DNA of 64,000 bases from Callorhinchus milii (lineage: Eukaryota): positions 17,114,001 to 17,178,000 of the forward strand of contig NW_024704743.1 in assembly GCF_018977255.1 (NCBI RefSeq), written 5' to 3'. The translations under genes and the position numbers were made by a program. The notes beneath the pieces are model-generated. The model searched no databases, was not told the DNA's origin, and saw only the letters and a list, made by a program, of their open reading frames with translations. Below, piece after piece: positions 27,588 to 41,163 of the stretch; position 1 is the stretch's first letter, and every line of letters begins with the position of its first letter.

Positions 27588-27970
27588 AATAATAATCTTT
27601 GCATTTGATATAGCGCTGTATTACATTGTTGAGACATCTCAAATAGCTTCACAGAATACATTGTAAAGTTAATTGACTATATTTTGTGGGCAAAACACGG
27701 CAGCCAATTGCCAAGTGTCCGACAAACATTCATGGATTGAGTGACCAATTGGTTTTTGAGGGGCCAAATTTTTGGTTGTTTTTTTGGAAGGATTATTATC
27801 CCCAGAAAGTGATCCACCAATCAGTTAGCAACCAGGTTTCTACTTACTGCAAGGTAAACAGAAGCACGTGGAGTAAGGAAACTTGCCTAAGGTTTTGCTC
27901 AACCTGGGAATCTAACCCAGGTCTTCCCACTTGCGAGGCAAGTACTCTAATCACTGCAGTACGGGACTCC
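27588..27970 (-). mobile_element. tRNA-derived SINE, longer subfamily
   Basis: Similar to 5748-6110 over its whole length. Confidence 0.85.
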
Positions 27971-29787
27971 AAAGTAAGACTTGACCAACAAAGTAACACA
28001 ATAAGAAATTTCATTGGAATAATTCCTGGAATTATTCCATTCTTTAATAATCCGCATTAAAAACTTGGGAAAGTTGTTTTAAAACGAGTACATCATTTTA
28101 GTATTGAAAATGTTAACTTTAGCTGCCCAAGCTACAGATTCCATCCAAATCTGTTGAACTGGTATCTGCATAAATAGAAGCTCAAGAAAACAAACCTCAA
28201 ACCTGGAATTACTTGATCACCGTAGAACCTGCAGGTCGATGCCACATGGCTATGCCTCGTTGCTTTCATGTGAAAATGAGTGATATACTGATCAGTGCTT
28301 AAGGCATAGCAAATATAAATTATTGTGTTGCATTAACATTGTAGCATACACAATTGGAAACAGGCTCCAACATAAGGCCTATTAAATAAAATCTGTGCCT
28401 TCAGCTGTCTTGGTTAAAATATTATTCGTACTAACAGATTATTTAGAAGTGATGTAAATATATCTAGGACTAGTTTTAAGGATCAGCAAGGATAAAATGC
28501 CTCGCACTTGCTAAAATCTTAAGAATGACTCCTTGCTGAGTGCTTCCACTAAGCAACTTTCCAGATGTGGACAAACCTGTTGCTGTCTTATGCGATGTGC
28601 TCCAACTTCTAAAGACACTTTGGCTGTGGATGAAAGGCTGAAGAGTTACGTTCAGTTGCACTGGCAACACATTGTATCCAGGTGTTAAAACATAGGTTGT
28701 AAAACAAGGAAAAATCAAGACCAATTTGCTTTTGACACTGATGTCCTCCATGTGACCTTCCCTTCCTTGCTATACCATTTAAATTGCACCTCTGGGATGA
28801 AAATACCAGTCCGCTTTTAAACAGAAGCAGAATCAAATCAAGTTTAACAGTGTATAATATGAAGACAAATATTTACAGTACATTTCCAAGAGATTTCCTT
28901 CTGTTTTTTGGAGTTGGTCTCAGGATTTATGCAGTTGCTTTAATGCAATTCTATTCCCACTTCAATTTATGACCTATCCATCCTTCAGATGAGACATTAA
29001 ACTATGGTTCCTGTACAGACGAACTTTAAAGATTTCATAACAGAATTAGAAAAGAGAAGGGAGTTTCTCCCGGTGTCCTGGCCGACAATTCTCCCAAATC
29101 AAATTGTTTTGTGGATGTTTGTGGGACGTTGCCATGCGTAAACTGGCTGCCACATTTGCCGAGTCACCAACTATACTTTACAGTTACTACACTTTAGTCA
29201 ATCCTGTGAATGCACTTCGACAGAAATTTCTGTCCTGAAAGATGCTATATCAAATGCCATTATTGATATTATTATCCAAGAGATGGATTGTAGGGCCACA
29301 ATTTACAGTAATACTCATCACCTCAAAATTAAGAAAAATGGGAACGCTGGATCTGGAGGGAAAGGAAACAATTGCAGGAAGGGGTGTGCTGCCACCTGTT
29401 GGGCAATAATTAATGCAGGCATCTGTGACAAGTCAAATCCAGTGGGCAAATTTCATAAAGGGAATTGGTTTAACCCTCGGGCATATACTCAACAAGGCCA
29501 ATAAGAACAAGGCCAAGATCCAAGATCACAGAGGATATGGTCTCTGCTTGCATGAAGTGGTTCATTAAAAAGGTGACAATTATAACACAATGTACAATGT
29601 CTTAAAAAAGGGGGGAACAACTAACTTACATTAGGTCCAACAGTTTAAAAAAAACAATGACCTGAGCTAAAAATCCACCAGAAAACAATAACTGCCAAAA
29701 ACTCAAGTGCAGTATTTTTCTAAGCTATTTATTTGAACTCTTCCTGAAATGCTGGGCTTCAGACAATTCACAGCTGAAACACATTAC

Positions 29788-29873
29788 CTGTTTGCATGCA
29801 CGTCGACATTCCACAGCAATGGCCAGCTCGCAACACCCAAGGCCAACCCAACCTTCAGGCTTCTTCGATGCAC
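29788..29873 (-). CDS. RECK: RECK coding exon 5 (ASKKPEGWVGLGCCELAIAVECRRACKQ), CK2
   Basis: 86 nt; ttctag acceptor and gtaatg donor; GWVGLGCCELAIA motif. Confidence 0.97.
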
Positions 29874-30914
29874 CTAGAAACAAAATCCAGAAATATTTAG
29901 ATTACAAATATTTAAGAGAGGCTTTGTTTGGAGGAATCAGTTATTTTATTACAAATGTAAAAAATATGCATCCCTTCATTTTCTAACTGTCAGACTGGCC
30001 CGAAGTACAGCAATTTAATGAGCTGCAACTATTTAAGTTAATAGTTTCAGTCTGTTATAATTAATTATTGTGGGATTTCAGATGGGCAGAAAAGCTTTTT
30101 TGGTCTAACATTTTAGTTGAAATACAGAAGATTTATTTTCATTAAGAGTCATTAAATAGGCAGTATGGTCATTGCAGAAAAGATCACAGATTGGCATCGG
30201 AGAGCATACAGGATAAGGCAAGTAAATATATGTAGAGCCGGAATTATGCAGAAGTTTTGTGGAGCCTATTGAAGCTGAGAATAATAAGAAAAGGCTCGGG
30301 TAGAAATTAAGAGTATTTTTCTTTACTTTTGAAACTGCCAGATGGAACACAGTAGCGTTTTCTGTTCTGTACTTTTCCATGCTCTGAATGTGATTTTACA
30401 CGACCAAGAATGCGGAGGTAATGCTGGTCTGAAATTCTGAACCTTCTGGTCTAGTGTAATACTTATCCCTAGAGCAAAACCATCTGAACAAAATATGTGT
30501 CCTCATGTTCTGATTGAGATGAGAATTTTGTACTGGTTGAGAAAACGCAGCACCTGGAATATAGTAATAATTATTTTTGGTAAGCCGGGTGTCTGACATA
30601 AGCGGAAGCCCATCATCATGCTTAAGAGTATCCACACTCAACAGAGAGTTCCATGTACACCACCTACATGCACATGGAGATTCCCAAGTCTGGAATGCAC
30701 CCTCTTTTCCCCAAGAAATGCATTCTGCTTAACTAATTCTTGATAGAGTAATGAACAGCCGGGTGATGACCCAAACCTGCTCCTCCCAAAATCAAGTTCC
30801 AATAAGCCAACAGTCTAGAAAGAGAGTCTCTCTTGATGTCCCGGCCAACAATGCCCTAAATAAAACTGGTTATTCACTTCATTTGTGGGCCCCATTCGCC
30901 TACAAAATACACAA

Positions 30915-31360
30915 TCAACAACAAGATTCCATTTATAGAGTGCCTTTCACGTCGGGAAGTTGGGTCAGGACCCGAGCAGGGGGGAAATGGTCAGGGTGAG
31001 GGGAGGGAAGGGAGGGAGCGAGGAGGGGGTAGAGAGTCGAGAGGGGAGCTGAAGGCACGGTCAAAGAGAAAGGTCTTGAGACCGGCCTTGAAGGAGGAAA
31101 GGGAGGAAGCAAGGCAAAGGCACTGGGGGATAGAGTTCCAGAGCCTAGGGGCTGAGAGGCTGAAGGCCCGGCCACCGATGGTAGGGCGGTTGGGGCGGGG
31201 GGTGAGGAGCAGACTGGAGCCAGAGGAACGGAGGGTACGGGCAGGTAAGTAGGGGGATAGTAGATCAGAGAGGTAGGAGGGAGCAAGGCCGTGAATGGCC
31301 TTGTAGGTGAGGATGAGGATCTTGAATTCGATCCTCTGGGGGATGGGGAGCCAGTGGAGG
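30915..31360 (-). mobile_element. L2 LINE 3' end
   Basis: Reverse-complement similarity to 26270-26698. Confidence 0.8.
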
Positions 31361-32949
31361 CAATCACTACACTTTATAGCTTATCCTGTGAGGTGCTTTG
31401 GGACATCCTCGCAACTTGAAATGCACTATATTAAATGTAAGGATTATTATTATTTGGGTAGACAAAGATGGCAAATCAAAGAAAGTTGGACATTTTAGAA
31501 ATACCACGTGGCAAAGGGGATGCCAAAGGAGGAATGCTTTGCAATGGAGCTATGATCCAAAACTGAGAATGTTTTCTACTGCTAAAGAACTGAAAGTTCT
31601 TTGAGTCCTTATCAGTGATTGTAGTTCCCTCAAAGAATTTTACTGTTTGAAGTTAATGAGTTGAAACATTGCTTCAAAGCAGCTTTTACAGCTTATATAT
31701 ACATAGCACAGATATGATGAGATGTGAGGGTAAGTTCCTAACATCAGGATGACAAAATCTGAAAGGAGGAAAGTCCTTTGGAATAATTTTCCAAAATTCC
31801 AACAATGTGCAGATCTTAACCTAGGACATATGGAGGATGTTGAGAATAAAATAAGTTTTTGTGTTCCTGTATTTCCTTTCATATATTTAGAATTATTTGA
31901 AAATGCACAGCAAAGTGGAATTGTACAGAACTAGAAAAAATGGTGCATCAAGCCAGTCCAAGCATTGCTTGAATTAAATTTACAAACAATCATGATGTTA
32001 TTTGCTTAAATTTGTTAAAAAGGACAAATATATAATCCTACATCTTTGCTAATACAAGGCAACCTGTTAGTGCCTTGCTTGAGCAAGGGTCTCAATACGG
32101 GTGGCCTTTGGTCAGCAGGTCCCTGTCAATGTACCCTCTGTATGTTGGAGAAGCCCCTCTAATGTCACTTCCTGCACGCTGGACACACATGCTATCCAAT
32201 TATTATCCAACTGATACTAGCAGCTTTATTTTGTGCACAGCGTACATGGGCAGTGTGCAGGAAATTACATTGACATTAACCTGACAACTCAGAAGCCTGT
32301 CATTTTTCACCTTCCCTTTTAACGCAGCCTCCGAGATACCATACCCACATGACCGTTCTCTAACCAGGTTGCCCTGTGTTGCTTTTGGGAGAAGTGGTAT
32401 GTGAACGTCAGTACCACTCTCACGTTGCACAGGAAAGGAAGAATGTGCCTCTGCCAATAAATGAAGCCCACATGAATATTTTTTCTCAGCTCTATATTTT
32501 TTCTCATCTCATCTGGAACATTGCTGGAAAAATTCATTTTGAGGAATGGCCATGACAAGTATGTATTGACACAATTAGGAAGCAGGCGAATTCAAAATGA
32601 ATCGTCTTGTCTTACTGTACTCTAATACATCCTTTGCAATTTGCCTGAAGCAATAGAGGGACAAAGGGGCTCTATATTTAAAAAAATCTTAACTGTTCTT
32701 AATGTTCTTCACCATTTAGACCGCTAGCCCATTTCAAACATTTTTGGTCTGGGGAACATTTGCTTCCTAGCTTCCTCACTAATCCTCTCTCTAATGTCAA
32801 ACTCTTTTTTTCTATGTCATGCCACCTAGCCAGAACTTGGGAGCAACAGTTGACTTTCACAATATTCATTTCATTCTATCTAACTATCCACCAAAATAAT
32901 TTTTGACCAACCCTTCTTTACCCCTTGTTAGCTATTATTAACTTCTATT

Positions 32950-33290
32950 GTGGAGTCCTGTAGCTCAGTGGTTAGAGCACTCGCTTTGCAAGTGAGAGAC
33001 CTGAGTTCAATTCCAGGCAGGTCAGGGCGAAACCTTGGGCAAGTTTCCTTACTCCACACAGAGCCTAATAATAATCCCTCCAAAAAACCAAAAACAATAA
33101 TTAAATTGGTCATTTTCAATCTACGACTGTTTGTGGGACATTGCTGTGCGCAATTGGCTGCCGCGTTCGCCCACAAATATACAGTCAATTCACTTTACAG
33201 TGTGTTCTGTGAAGCGCTTTGGGACGTCCTCCCGACGTGAAAAGCGCTATATCAAATGCAAGGATTATTATTATTATTATTATTATTATT
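32950..33290 (+). mobile_element. Full-length young tRNA-derived SINE (short subfamily)
   Basis: GTGGAGTCCTGTAGCTCAGTGGTTAGAGC head, GAGTTCAATTCC B box, (ATT)n tail. Confidence 0.92.
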
Positions 33291-33399
33291 AGTAACGGTC
33301 TCTTCCCCATTTCAAAACTGCTGTCATCACTCTTCTTATAAGCATGAACTTCACCCCTCTATCATCTTAAATATCCCTATTCCTACCTGTGCCAATGCC

Positions 33400-33722
33400 T
33401 GTCCACTCCCTCGGCACACCAGGCTCCAGCCTGCTCCATGACCCCCCACCAGCCCGCCCCACCATCGGTGGTCAGGCCTTCAGCATCTCTGGCCCCAACA
33501 TTTGGAACTCCATTCCACAGTCCCTTCGCCTAGCTTCCTCCCTTGCCTTCTTCAAAGCACGTCTCAAGACTCTCCTCTTCAATCGTGCCTTCAGTCACCC
33601 CTACACTCACTACCCTCCACCCCTCCTGATCCCAACCCTTTGTTCGAGTTCAAATCCCTGACTGTCCAGTGCCTTGGAACGTCCTCCCGACATGAAAGAC
33701 GCTATACAAATGTATGTTGTTT
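33400..33722 (+). mobile_element. L2 LINE 3' end
   Basis: TIGGQAFS...WNSIPQSLRLA; similar to 26420-26698. Confidence 0.8.
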
Positions 33723-33737
33723 TTTCAAATATATTGT

Positions 33738-34157
33738 GTCAGCCTGGCTCAGCTCATAGGAGTTTCACTTCTGAGTCAGAAGGTGTGGATTCAAGGCCCA
33801 CATCAGCATTTGGAACTCAAGCTGATGCTCCAATGCAGTGCTAGGGGGTGCCGCATTGTCAGAGATACTGTCCTTTGGATGATTCAAACCAAGGCCCCTT
33901 CTGCCTGTTCAAGTGGACGTTAAAGATCCCATGGCATTGTTAGAATAGTGCCATGGGAAGGTCCTGATCAATAATCCCACCAAAATGACCAAACAAAATT
34001 GGTCATTCGCTTCATGGCTGTTTGTGGAACATTGTATAATCTGGCTGCCATGTTCGCCCCCAAAATACACAATCACTGCACTTTACAGAATATCCTGTGA
34101 AGTGCTTTGGGATGTCCTCCCAATGTAAAAGGTGCTTTACCAAATGCAAGGATTATT
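33738..34157 (+). mobile_element. Deu-domain SINE (SacSINE1/AmnSINE1-like)
   Basis: Degenerate tRNA-like head, then gcattgtcagag...ggatga...aaaccaaggccc...gtggacgttaaagatcccatggca, which I recognise as the Deu core; L2-type tail. Confidence 0.7.
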
Positions 34158-34407
34158 TCACATCCCATACACACACAGTCACCTATGGTCTTATTTAGAA
34201 CTTCATCTTTGATCCTCTCCAGTTCCTCATCCCTGTGCTACCTCATAGAGTTAACTTCCATGGGTATGATAACCAACTTTACCTCTATACCTCTAACTTG
34301 CATTCTAGGACATTTGCGGTTTGACTGGCTGCCGAAATGACATCAAGCTCTGATCGAGTCAGAACTTATAATACTAATACTTGCATTTGGTAAGGCACCA
34401 ACTCCGT

Positions 34408-34797
34408 GCTTCCCTCCACAAACTGCAGATCATCCAGAACTCTGCAGCTCATGTCCTCTCCCGCACCAGGCTTCGTGACCCCATTACCCCCATCCTCGCC
34501 CGGCTCCACTGGATCCCCATTCAAAATCTTTGTCCTCGCTCTACCATCGGCGGTCGGGCCTTCAGCCTCTCCACCCCCACCTTTTGGAACTCCATCCCAC
34601 ATTACCTTCCCTCCCTTGCCTCAATCAAAGCATGTCTCAAGACCCTCCTCTTCAGCCACTCTCCTACCCTCCCTGCCCTCCCCACTTCATAATCCAAATC
34701 CACCTGCCCCACCCGGGTCCAAATCCCTGACTGTCCAGTGCCTTGGGTCGTCCTCCCAATGTGAAAGGCACTATACAAATGTAATTTTGTATTGTAT
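34408..34797 (+). mobile_element. L2 LINE 3' end (internally deleted)
   Basis: KLQIIQNSAAHVL...LHWIPI. Confidence 0.8.
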
Positions 34798-34799
34798 TG

Positions 34800-35140
34800 C
34801 CTTATCACTTCTTTGAGATGTGTCACAGAATACACTGTAAAGTTAATTGACTGTATATTTTGTGGGATAAATGCATCAGCCAAAAACGCACAGCAGTGTC
34901 CAACAAACAGTCGTGGATTGAGTGACCAAATATATTTTGGGGATTTTTTTTTTTTTTTTTAAGATGGATTATTACCTCTGGAAAGCAATCCATCAATCGC
35001 CTAACAACCGGGTTCCTACTTACTGCTAGGTAAACAGAGGTGTGTGTAGTAAGGAAAGTTGCCTAAGGTTTCACCCTGTCTAGGAATCGAATCCAGGTCC
35101 TCTCGCTTGTGAGGCAAGTGCTCTAACCAGTATACAGGAC
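34800..35140 (-). mobile_element. tRNA-derived SINE, longer subfamily
   Basis: Similar to 5748-6110. Confidence 0.82.
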
Positions 35141-37519
35141 ATATGCACTTACTTCACACTGCTGCTGAAAACCTTATCCATGCTTCTATCACCTCCAGGA
35201 TGGATTTTCCGAACACTCTAATTTCCTTCGTGCCATCCTACAGTGGGTTCAGAATCCATATCTATTGTCCCATAGGCATGTGTAGTAAGGAAACTTATCT
35301 ATGGTTTCACCCGACCCAGGAAATGAACCCAGTTCCTCTCGCTTGCAAGGCGAGTGCTTTAATCAATATGCTACACTTTGAGACATCTCAAAGACGTGAT
35401 AAGGCACTATATCAAATGCATGGATTATTATTATTTTAGGCCCCCACATTGCTCACTCCATATTCTTTTGCTTTACTGTGAATGATCAAACCTTCAGCCA
35501 ACATTTCCCCCATTCTAGAATTCTCTCATATTTGCTTTGCTACCTCTGAGCTTTCAAAAACCTCTGAAAATATATCTGTCCCACCGTATTTGATCAAGAT
35601 CTTTGACACTTATTTTTCTGTTCAATGTCAAATATGTTATGCTCTTGAGATGTTATTTTAGGTCCAAAGCACTCTACAAATGCAAATTGTTGTATTTTAC
35701 TAAAGATTCTCAATAGGTATAGGTTTTTCAGTAGCACTAGAATTTAGACACTCATAAACCAAATATCAAACAGTAGGATTTTTGCTTTCAAGTTAACATG
35801 TGTTCAAAGGCTGAAGCAGTCCTTCACAGCTGTTATAGGAGCCAGCACTACAAAGTCTCTAAGCTAGATAAGTACCAGAACCACAAGCCTTCCTTAGAAC
35901 TCTTCTGTTTCCAGCTCCTCCTTCAGCAAAACGTTATCAAAATAATTTCCATCAAATGAACTGCCTGCCCATCTGGATGCATTTTGGATGTGGAGGCTTT
36001 AGCCACAAATCATCTGGCAGCTGAAATGAGCTACGACACGGATTTAGGCTTGGCCACATCCTTGCCCCTGAATGTGTTCCACGTAAATACAGACCCAACT
36101 CCAGTTATTTTCCACTGGTAAACATTTCCAGCAAAATGCTGTCACATTACCTTACTTTGCCTTTTCACATGACGAGTGTACTTTTAAGAAACACCTCTCA
36201 AAGTCAGAAAGTTGGGATCGAGGCAACCCTCTGTGGCGATCTTGGTCGTCTGTTCTTGAGCCAGGCAGGTCCACAGTAATCCTGGGCACTGCGATGACAG
36301 ACCATCCAGCCTGGCTCATCAGCAGGACTTGATGGGCAGGTAACAGTGGTAGCAGAGATTTTTTCCACTCAGCTCCTGTTAACCCTGGAAGTCAAAGCCC
36401 TAACGGAAAGCGTGGTCCTAACTGCCCAAGCAGCAGGAACCATTCCAAGCATTGCTCTTAATGGCAAACCAATTGTTTTTATCTGGTAAAACTCCAGCAA
36501 TACCCAAATGCACACCTCTGGCTACTAAGCCTTGGCTCTTGCCAACCTGCACCTAATATTTCCCAGAATAAAGTAAGTAGGATGCATTCCTCCAGGGACA
36601 TAGATTCATTCCAGACATAGGGAAATTTCCATTTATAGATGGCGTACATATGTGAAACTCTCATTTGGATATTGTTAAGCACGGTGATGGGTTTCTGGAA
36701 GTGTCAGAAACCCAATCCCTACCACCCTCTCAATAAAAACACCTCAACTTGAAGAACTGTACTGCTGCTTTACCTAATCTGCTTCATTCCCTTTAGCTGT
36801 ATACCCATGTCTAACTGGAGAGATTATAGAAGGAAGATAAAAATAAGCAAAAGTATGTCAGAAGATATAAAAACGAGTAATGACAACAAATCATTCAAAA
36901 GGTATTTGAAGTTCAGGCAAAATAAGTATTGGAAGCAGTAGGAATTTAGAGACAAATCACACGTGGCAGCAAGGAAGATCATAAAAGAATTTTCAGCTAT
37001 GTAAGCAATGGAAGGAGAGGTCTTAGTAAAATCACAGGAAAAGGTCATGCTGCAGGAGGCAAGCCAAGAAAGGACATTTTATTGGACCGATTTTGGGGGT
37101 GGTGGGGGAAAGAGTAATGACCTGGAATTTGTCCCTTCTTGGTGCTTCCCATCATAATTTCTAAGCAGTTATTTTTTTCTACATGGAAGTTACTACATGA
37201 GTACAAGTTGCTGTTGTACTGGTGCCGATAACCTGCAGTGGAGAGGAAAGTGCAACTTGATCAGAGAGCCAGTATAGATTCAATGGGCCAAATGGTATCC
37301 TTCCGCAATGTAAATGTCTATCATTGTATTCAACATTGCTGGGGAATTTGTGGAATGGAGAATATATATTGTGGCAAAATGCTACACCTGATTTCAAATG
37401 GAAGACTACCTAACCCTGTAACTTAAGATAAGACAATTTACAATATTTAAAATGATTTTGTTTGAAGTAAGTATAACAAGAACACTCTCTTCAGCTTGTT
37501 CACATCCTTACTTACTTAC

Positions 37520-37556
37520 CAGGCAAAGAAGAGTTGATGCAAACCCAGAACTCAAC
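37520..37556 (-). CDS. RECK: RECK coding exon 4 (VEFWVCINSSLPG)
   Basis: 37 nt; tttcag acceptor and gtaagt donor; matches VEIWNCMNSSLPG. Confidence 0.95.
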
Positions 37557-37914
37557 CTGAAATAAAAATAATAAGCCCAGATACAAATTACATAGCAAGC
37601 TTCAGAACAAATTAATCAGTGTTCAAAACAATTCTTTTTGTTTAAATATATAATTGTTTGGTACAAAACATGTTTTAAACATCATATATCCAGTAATTTC
37701 AGATATGCACAATTGTAAGTAATTTTTCCATGGTTAAGAAAAGATAATTATTAGGTCAGTTAAAGGATCCCATTGTGACAATGATATCTGCAACTGGTTT
37801 ACTAGAGATAAATAATAATAGTAGTAATAACACTAATAATAATCATTTATTATACCAATAAATGACAGCCAGCAAATTTGAGGCTTTATCTCAACAGCAG
37901 TAAATGTTTCTTAC

Positions 37915-37989
37915 CATGGACTCAGGACAGTAACCAGGCAATCGTTGTAGAAGATGTTTCAGTCGAGACTCACTTTTTGTGGATGTAAG
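37915..37989 (-). CDS. RECK: RECK coding exon 3 (LTSTKSESRLKHLLQRLPGYCPESM)
   Basis: 75 nt; AG acceptor and gtaaga donor; KSESRLKHLLQR identical to human. Confidence 0.97.
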
Positions 37990-38331
37990 CTGTCAAAAAA
38001 GTTTTGTAAAATTAGGCAGAGTAAGTACTCAGCTCATATTAAATCACCAATTTATTCTATTGAAAGATCTAAAATTGCACAGAATAAAGGCATAGATTGT
38101 TTTAATTAACTGACCAATAGGTTGCGCTATTTTAAAATGAGATACTTAATGTTAGGTTTCATGTGTAACTAATTAAGTAGTGCAGGAGAAGAGGAAATCC
38201 ATCTATTTTAAAAATGTTACTTTAAAAAAAACAGAAGGCATAGGTTGCACTGTGCTGCCACTGGCAAGTACTTCCTACATCCTTTCTCTCTTCCCCAAAA
38301 GACAGATGGGATGCAGGGCTCAGTGTGAACA

Positions 38332-38708
38332 TGGAGTCCTGTAGCTCAGTTGTTAAGAGCATCGCCTCACAAGCGAGAGGACCTGGGTTCAATTGCCGGC
38401 ATAGCAATACGTTGGGCAAGTTTCCTTACTCCACATGCCTCTGTTCACCTTACAGTAAGTAGGAAGCCAGTTGTTAGTTGATTGGCAGATCACTTTTCCG
38501 GGGGTATTAATCCATTCCAAAATATAAATAATAATAATTTGTTCACTCAATTCACGATTGTTTGTGGGACACTGCTGTGTGCAACTGGCTGCTACGTTTC
38601 ACCCACAAAATAAGTCAATTCACTTTACAGTATATTCTGTGAGCACTTGAAGACATCTCGAAGATCTGATAAGGCGGTATATCAAATGCAAGGATTATTA
38701 TTATTATT
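38332..38708 (+). mobile_element. tRNA-derived SINE, longer subfamily
   Basis: tggagtcctgtagctcag head through to a ggattattattatt tail. Confidence 0.85.
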
Positions 38709-39465
38709 TACTATAATATTTCAGAGGTGGAATTACTTCTTGTGGTGTATTGTAATTTTAAAGAAACATTTTATGGAATGTTACAGAAATGATAAATATA
38801 TAACAATAATCCTTGCATTTGATATATCACTTATATCAGACGTCTCAAAGCGCTTCACGGAATATACTGTTTAGTGAATTGACTGTATAATTGTGGGCGA
38901 AACACGGCAGCCAATTGCGCACAGCAGTGTCCCACAAACCATGCATTGAAGTAACCAATTTATTTTTGTTTTTTCTTAAAAGAATTATTATCAGGTGTTT
39001 GGAGTAAGAAAGCTTGCACAAGGTTTCAACCTGCTTTTTTTTTTGGAGTCTGATTTTTTAAGTCATTTTTAATACTGAGGAGCAGGCAACCTCTGAAGGA
39101 AAGTTTATTTTAATATTTAATAAGAGATCAAACGATAACCCAAAGGATTTAAATCTCTATCTTAGTATTAACCAAACATAATGAGCTTACTCAAAGGAAT
39201 GAGTCTTCACCATGCTTTGTTTTTACTCCAAGGTTTTAGGTACTATGAAATAGGTTTAATGGTGCATTATATTACATTGCGGCTTGGCACCAGTACACCT
39301 AGAGTATGTGAATGTGACGTAGACATCATTTTGTGCTTCATATTGTGAACGCTACATATATTCTCTTCAAATAGAAAATAATTTCAGTAATAATAACCCT
39401 TGCATTTGATATAACACCTTATCACACCTTCGAAACGTCACAAAGCGCTTCACAGAATATACTGT

Positions 39466-40286
39466 GATAGCCTGCCTGTCAGACCTCAGGGGCTGGATGA
39501 GCACAAATTTCCTTCAGCTGAATGTTGACAAGACGGAAGCCATACTCTTTGGCTCTCGTCAATGTCTAAAATCTCACTGTTCGCACCTCCTCCACCTACC
39601 CGACCTCCCCCTAAAACTCTCCAAGCTCACCAGCACCACTTTCTTCCACCTCCAACGCATTGCTCGTCTCTGTCAATACCTCTCTCCAAAAGTTGCTGAA
39701 ACCCTGGTCCATGCCTTTGTCACCTCTTGGCTGGACTACTCTAATGCCCTCATCGCCGGTCTCCCATCCACTACCATCCATAAAATCCAAATCATTCAAA
39801 ACTCTGCCGCCCGCATTCTCACCTGCACCAAACATCGCTCCCCGATCACCCCAGTCCTTGCCAGACTGCACTGGCTCCCTATCCCAGAGAGGATCGACTT
39901 CAAGATCGTCACCCTTTTCTTCAAATCCCTCCACTCCTCTGCACCCCCCTACCTCTCTGACCTCTCTCTCTTCAAAACAGTGCCTATTGCCTTCATTCCT
40001 CCAAGTCTGGCCTCCTCCTTATCCCCCAAGTCCTCCGCTCCACTCTCGGCGGCCGTGCCTTCAGCCACTATGCCCCGGGCTCTGGAACTCCCTTCCTCAC
40101 TCCCTTCGCCTCGCTCCCTCTCTTCCTATTTTCAGGTCTCTGCTGAAGATCTTTCTTTTCGACCACACCTTTGGTCACCTTCCACCCCCTCCCCCTGGCT
40201 CAGCCCCGGATTCTGTTACTGTGAAGCGCTCTGAGACGCCGCCCGGCATGGAGAGCACTATATAAATCCAAGTTGTTGTCGTTGTT
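39466..40286 (+). mobile_element. L2 LINE 3' fragment inserted into a SINE
   Basis: ORF 39464..40234 with WMSTNFLQLNVDKTE...LHWLPIPERIDFK; SINE halves at 39388-39465 and 40287-40420. Confidence 0.9.
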
Positions 40287-40719
40287 GAATTGACTATATA
40301 TGTTGTGGGTGAAACGCAGCAGCCAATTGCACACAGCAGTGTTCCACAAATAGTTATGGATTGAACAAGCAATTTTCTTTTCTTGCTAGGCGAGTGCTCT
40401 AACCAATACACTACAGGAGTCAACATAAGCCTCAGGGCTCCACTCAGAACATTTGCTTTTTATTTTTCAGGGCTCATCTTGTAAGGTTTTTATGTTCATG
40501 CACCAGGGTATGTAGGCAAGGTTAAGAGTCTAGGTATAGGGAGAGCAATTGCATATGCTGCACTAGATAAGATAATCTAACTCAGCACAGGCCAGGGAAT
40601 GAACCTGAGATGTAGATGGGAATTTTTTAACCTGGAGATGTAACAATTACAAATCATGTTGTTGCTAATCACCAGCGCCTACAATAAAAGATAAAATAAT
40701 TAAGCCTCCAATAATTGAA

Positions 40720-41163
40720 GCCCTGTAGCATCTTGGTTAGAGCACTTGCATCGCAAGCGAAAGGACCCGGGTTTGCTTCCCAGGCGGGAAGAAACCTTAG
40801 GCAATTTTCCTGACTCCACACACCTCTGTTTACAAAGCAGCGAGTAGAAACCCGGTTGGCAGATCATTTTCTGGGGGTAAAAATCCCTCCAAAAAGAAAT
40901 TAAAAACCTAATAATTTGTTCACTCAATCCATGAGTGGGACAATGTTGTGCGCAATTGGCTGCCACGTTTCGCCCACAAAATCGAGTCTTTAATACACAC
41001 TTTAAAGTATATTCGATGAAGAGCTTTGAGACGTCCCAAACGCTCCAGGACACTACCCCACATGGAGAGCGCTATATAAATGCAAGGTGTTATCATTGTT
41101 GACTCAACAACGTAACAAGGTGCTATATCAAATGCAAGCATTATTATTATTATTATTATTATT
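40720..41163 (+). mobile_element. tRNA-derived SINE, longer subfamily, with an inserted L2-type 3' tip (about 41036-41101)
   Basis: Head, body and tail recognisable; an extra L2-tail-like segment interrupts the 3' part. Confidence 0.8.

Noticed and set aside
36255..36330. Minus-strand CTGATGAG followed by a GCCAGGC/GCCTGGC stem
   Set aside because: No GAAA after the stem; it lies inside the unclassified repeat
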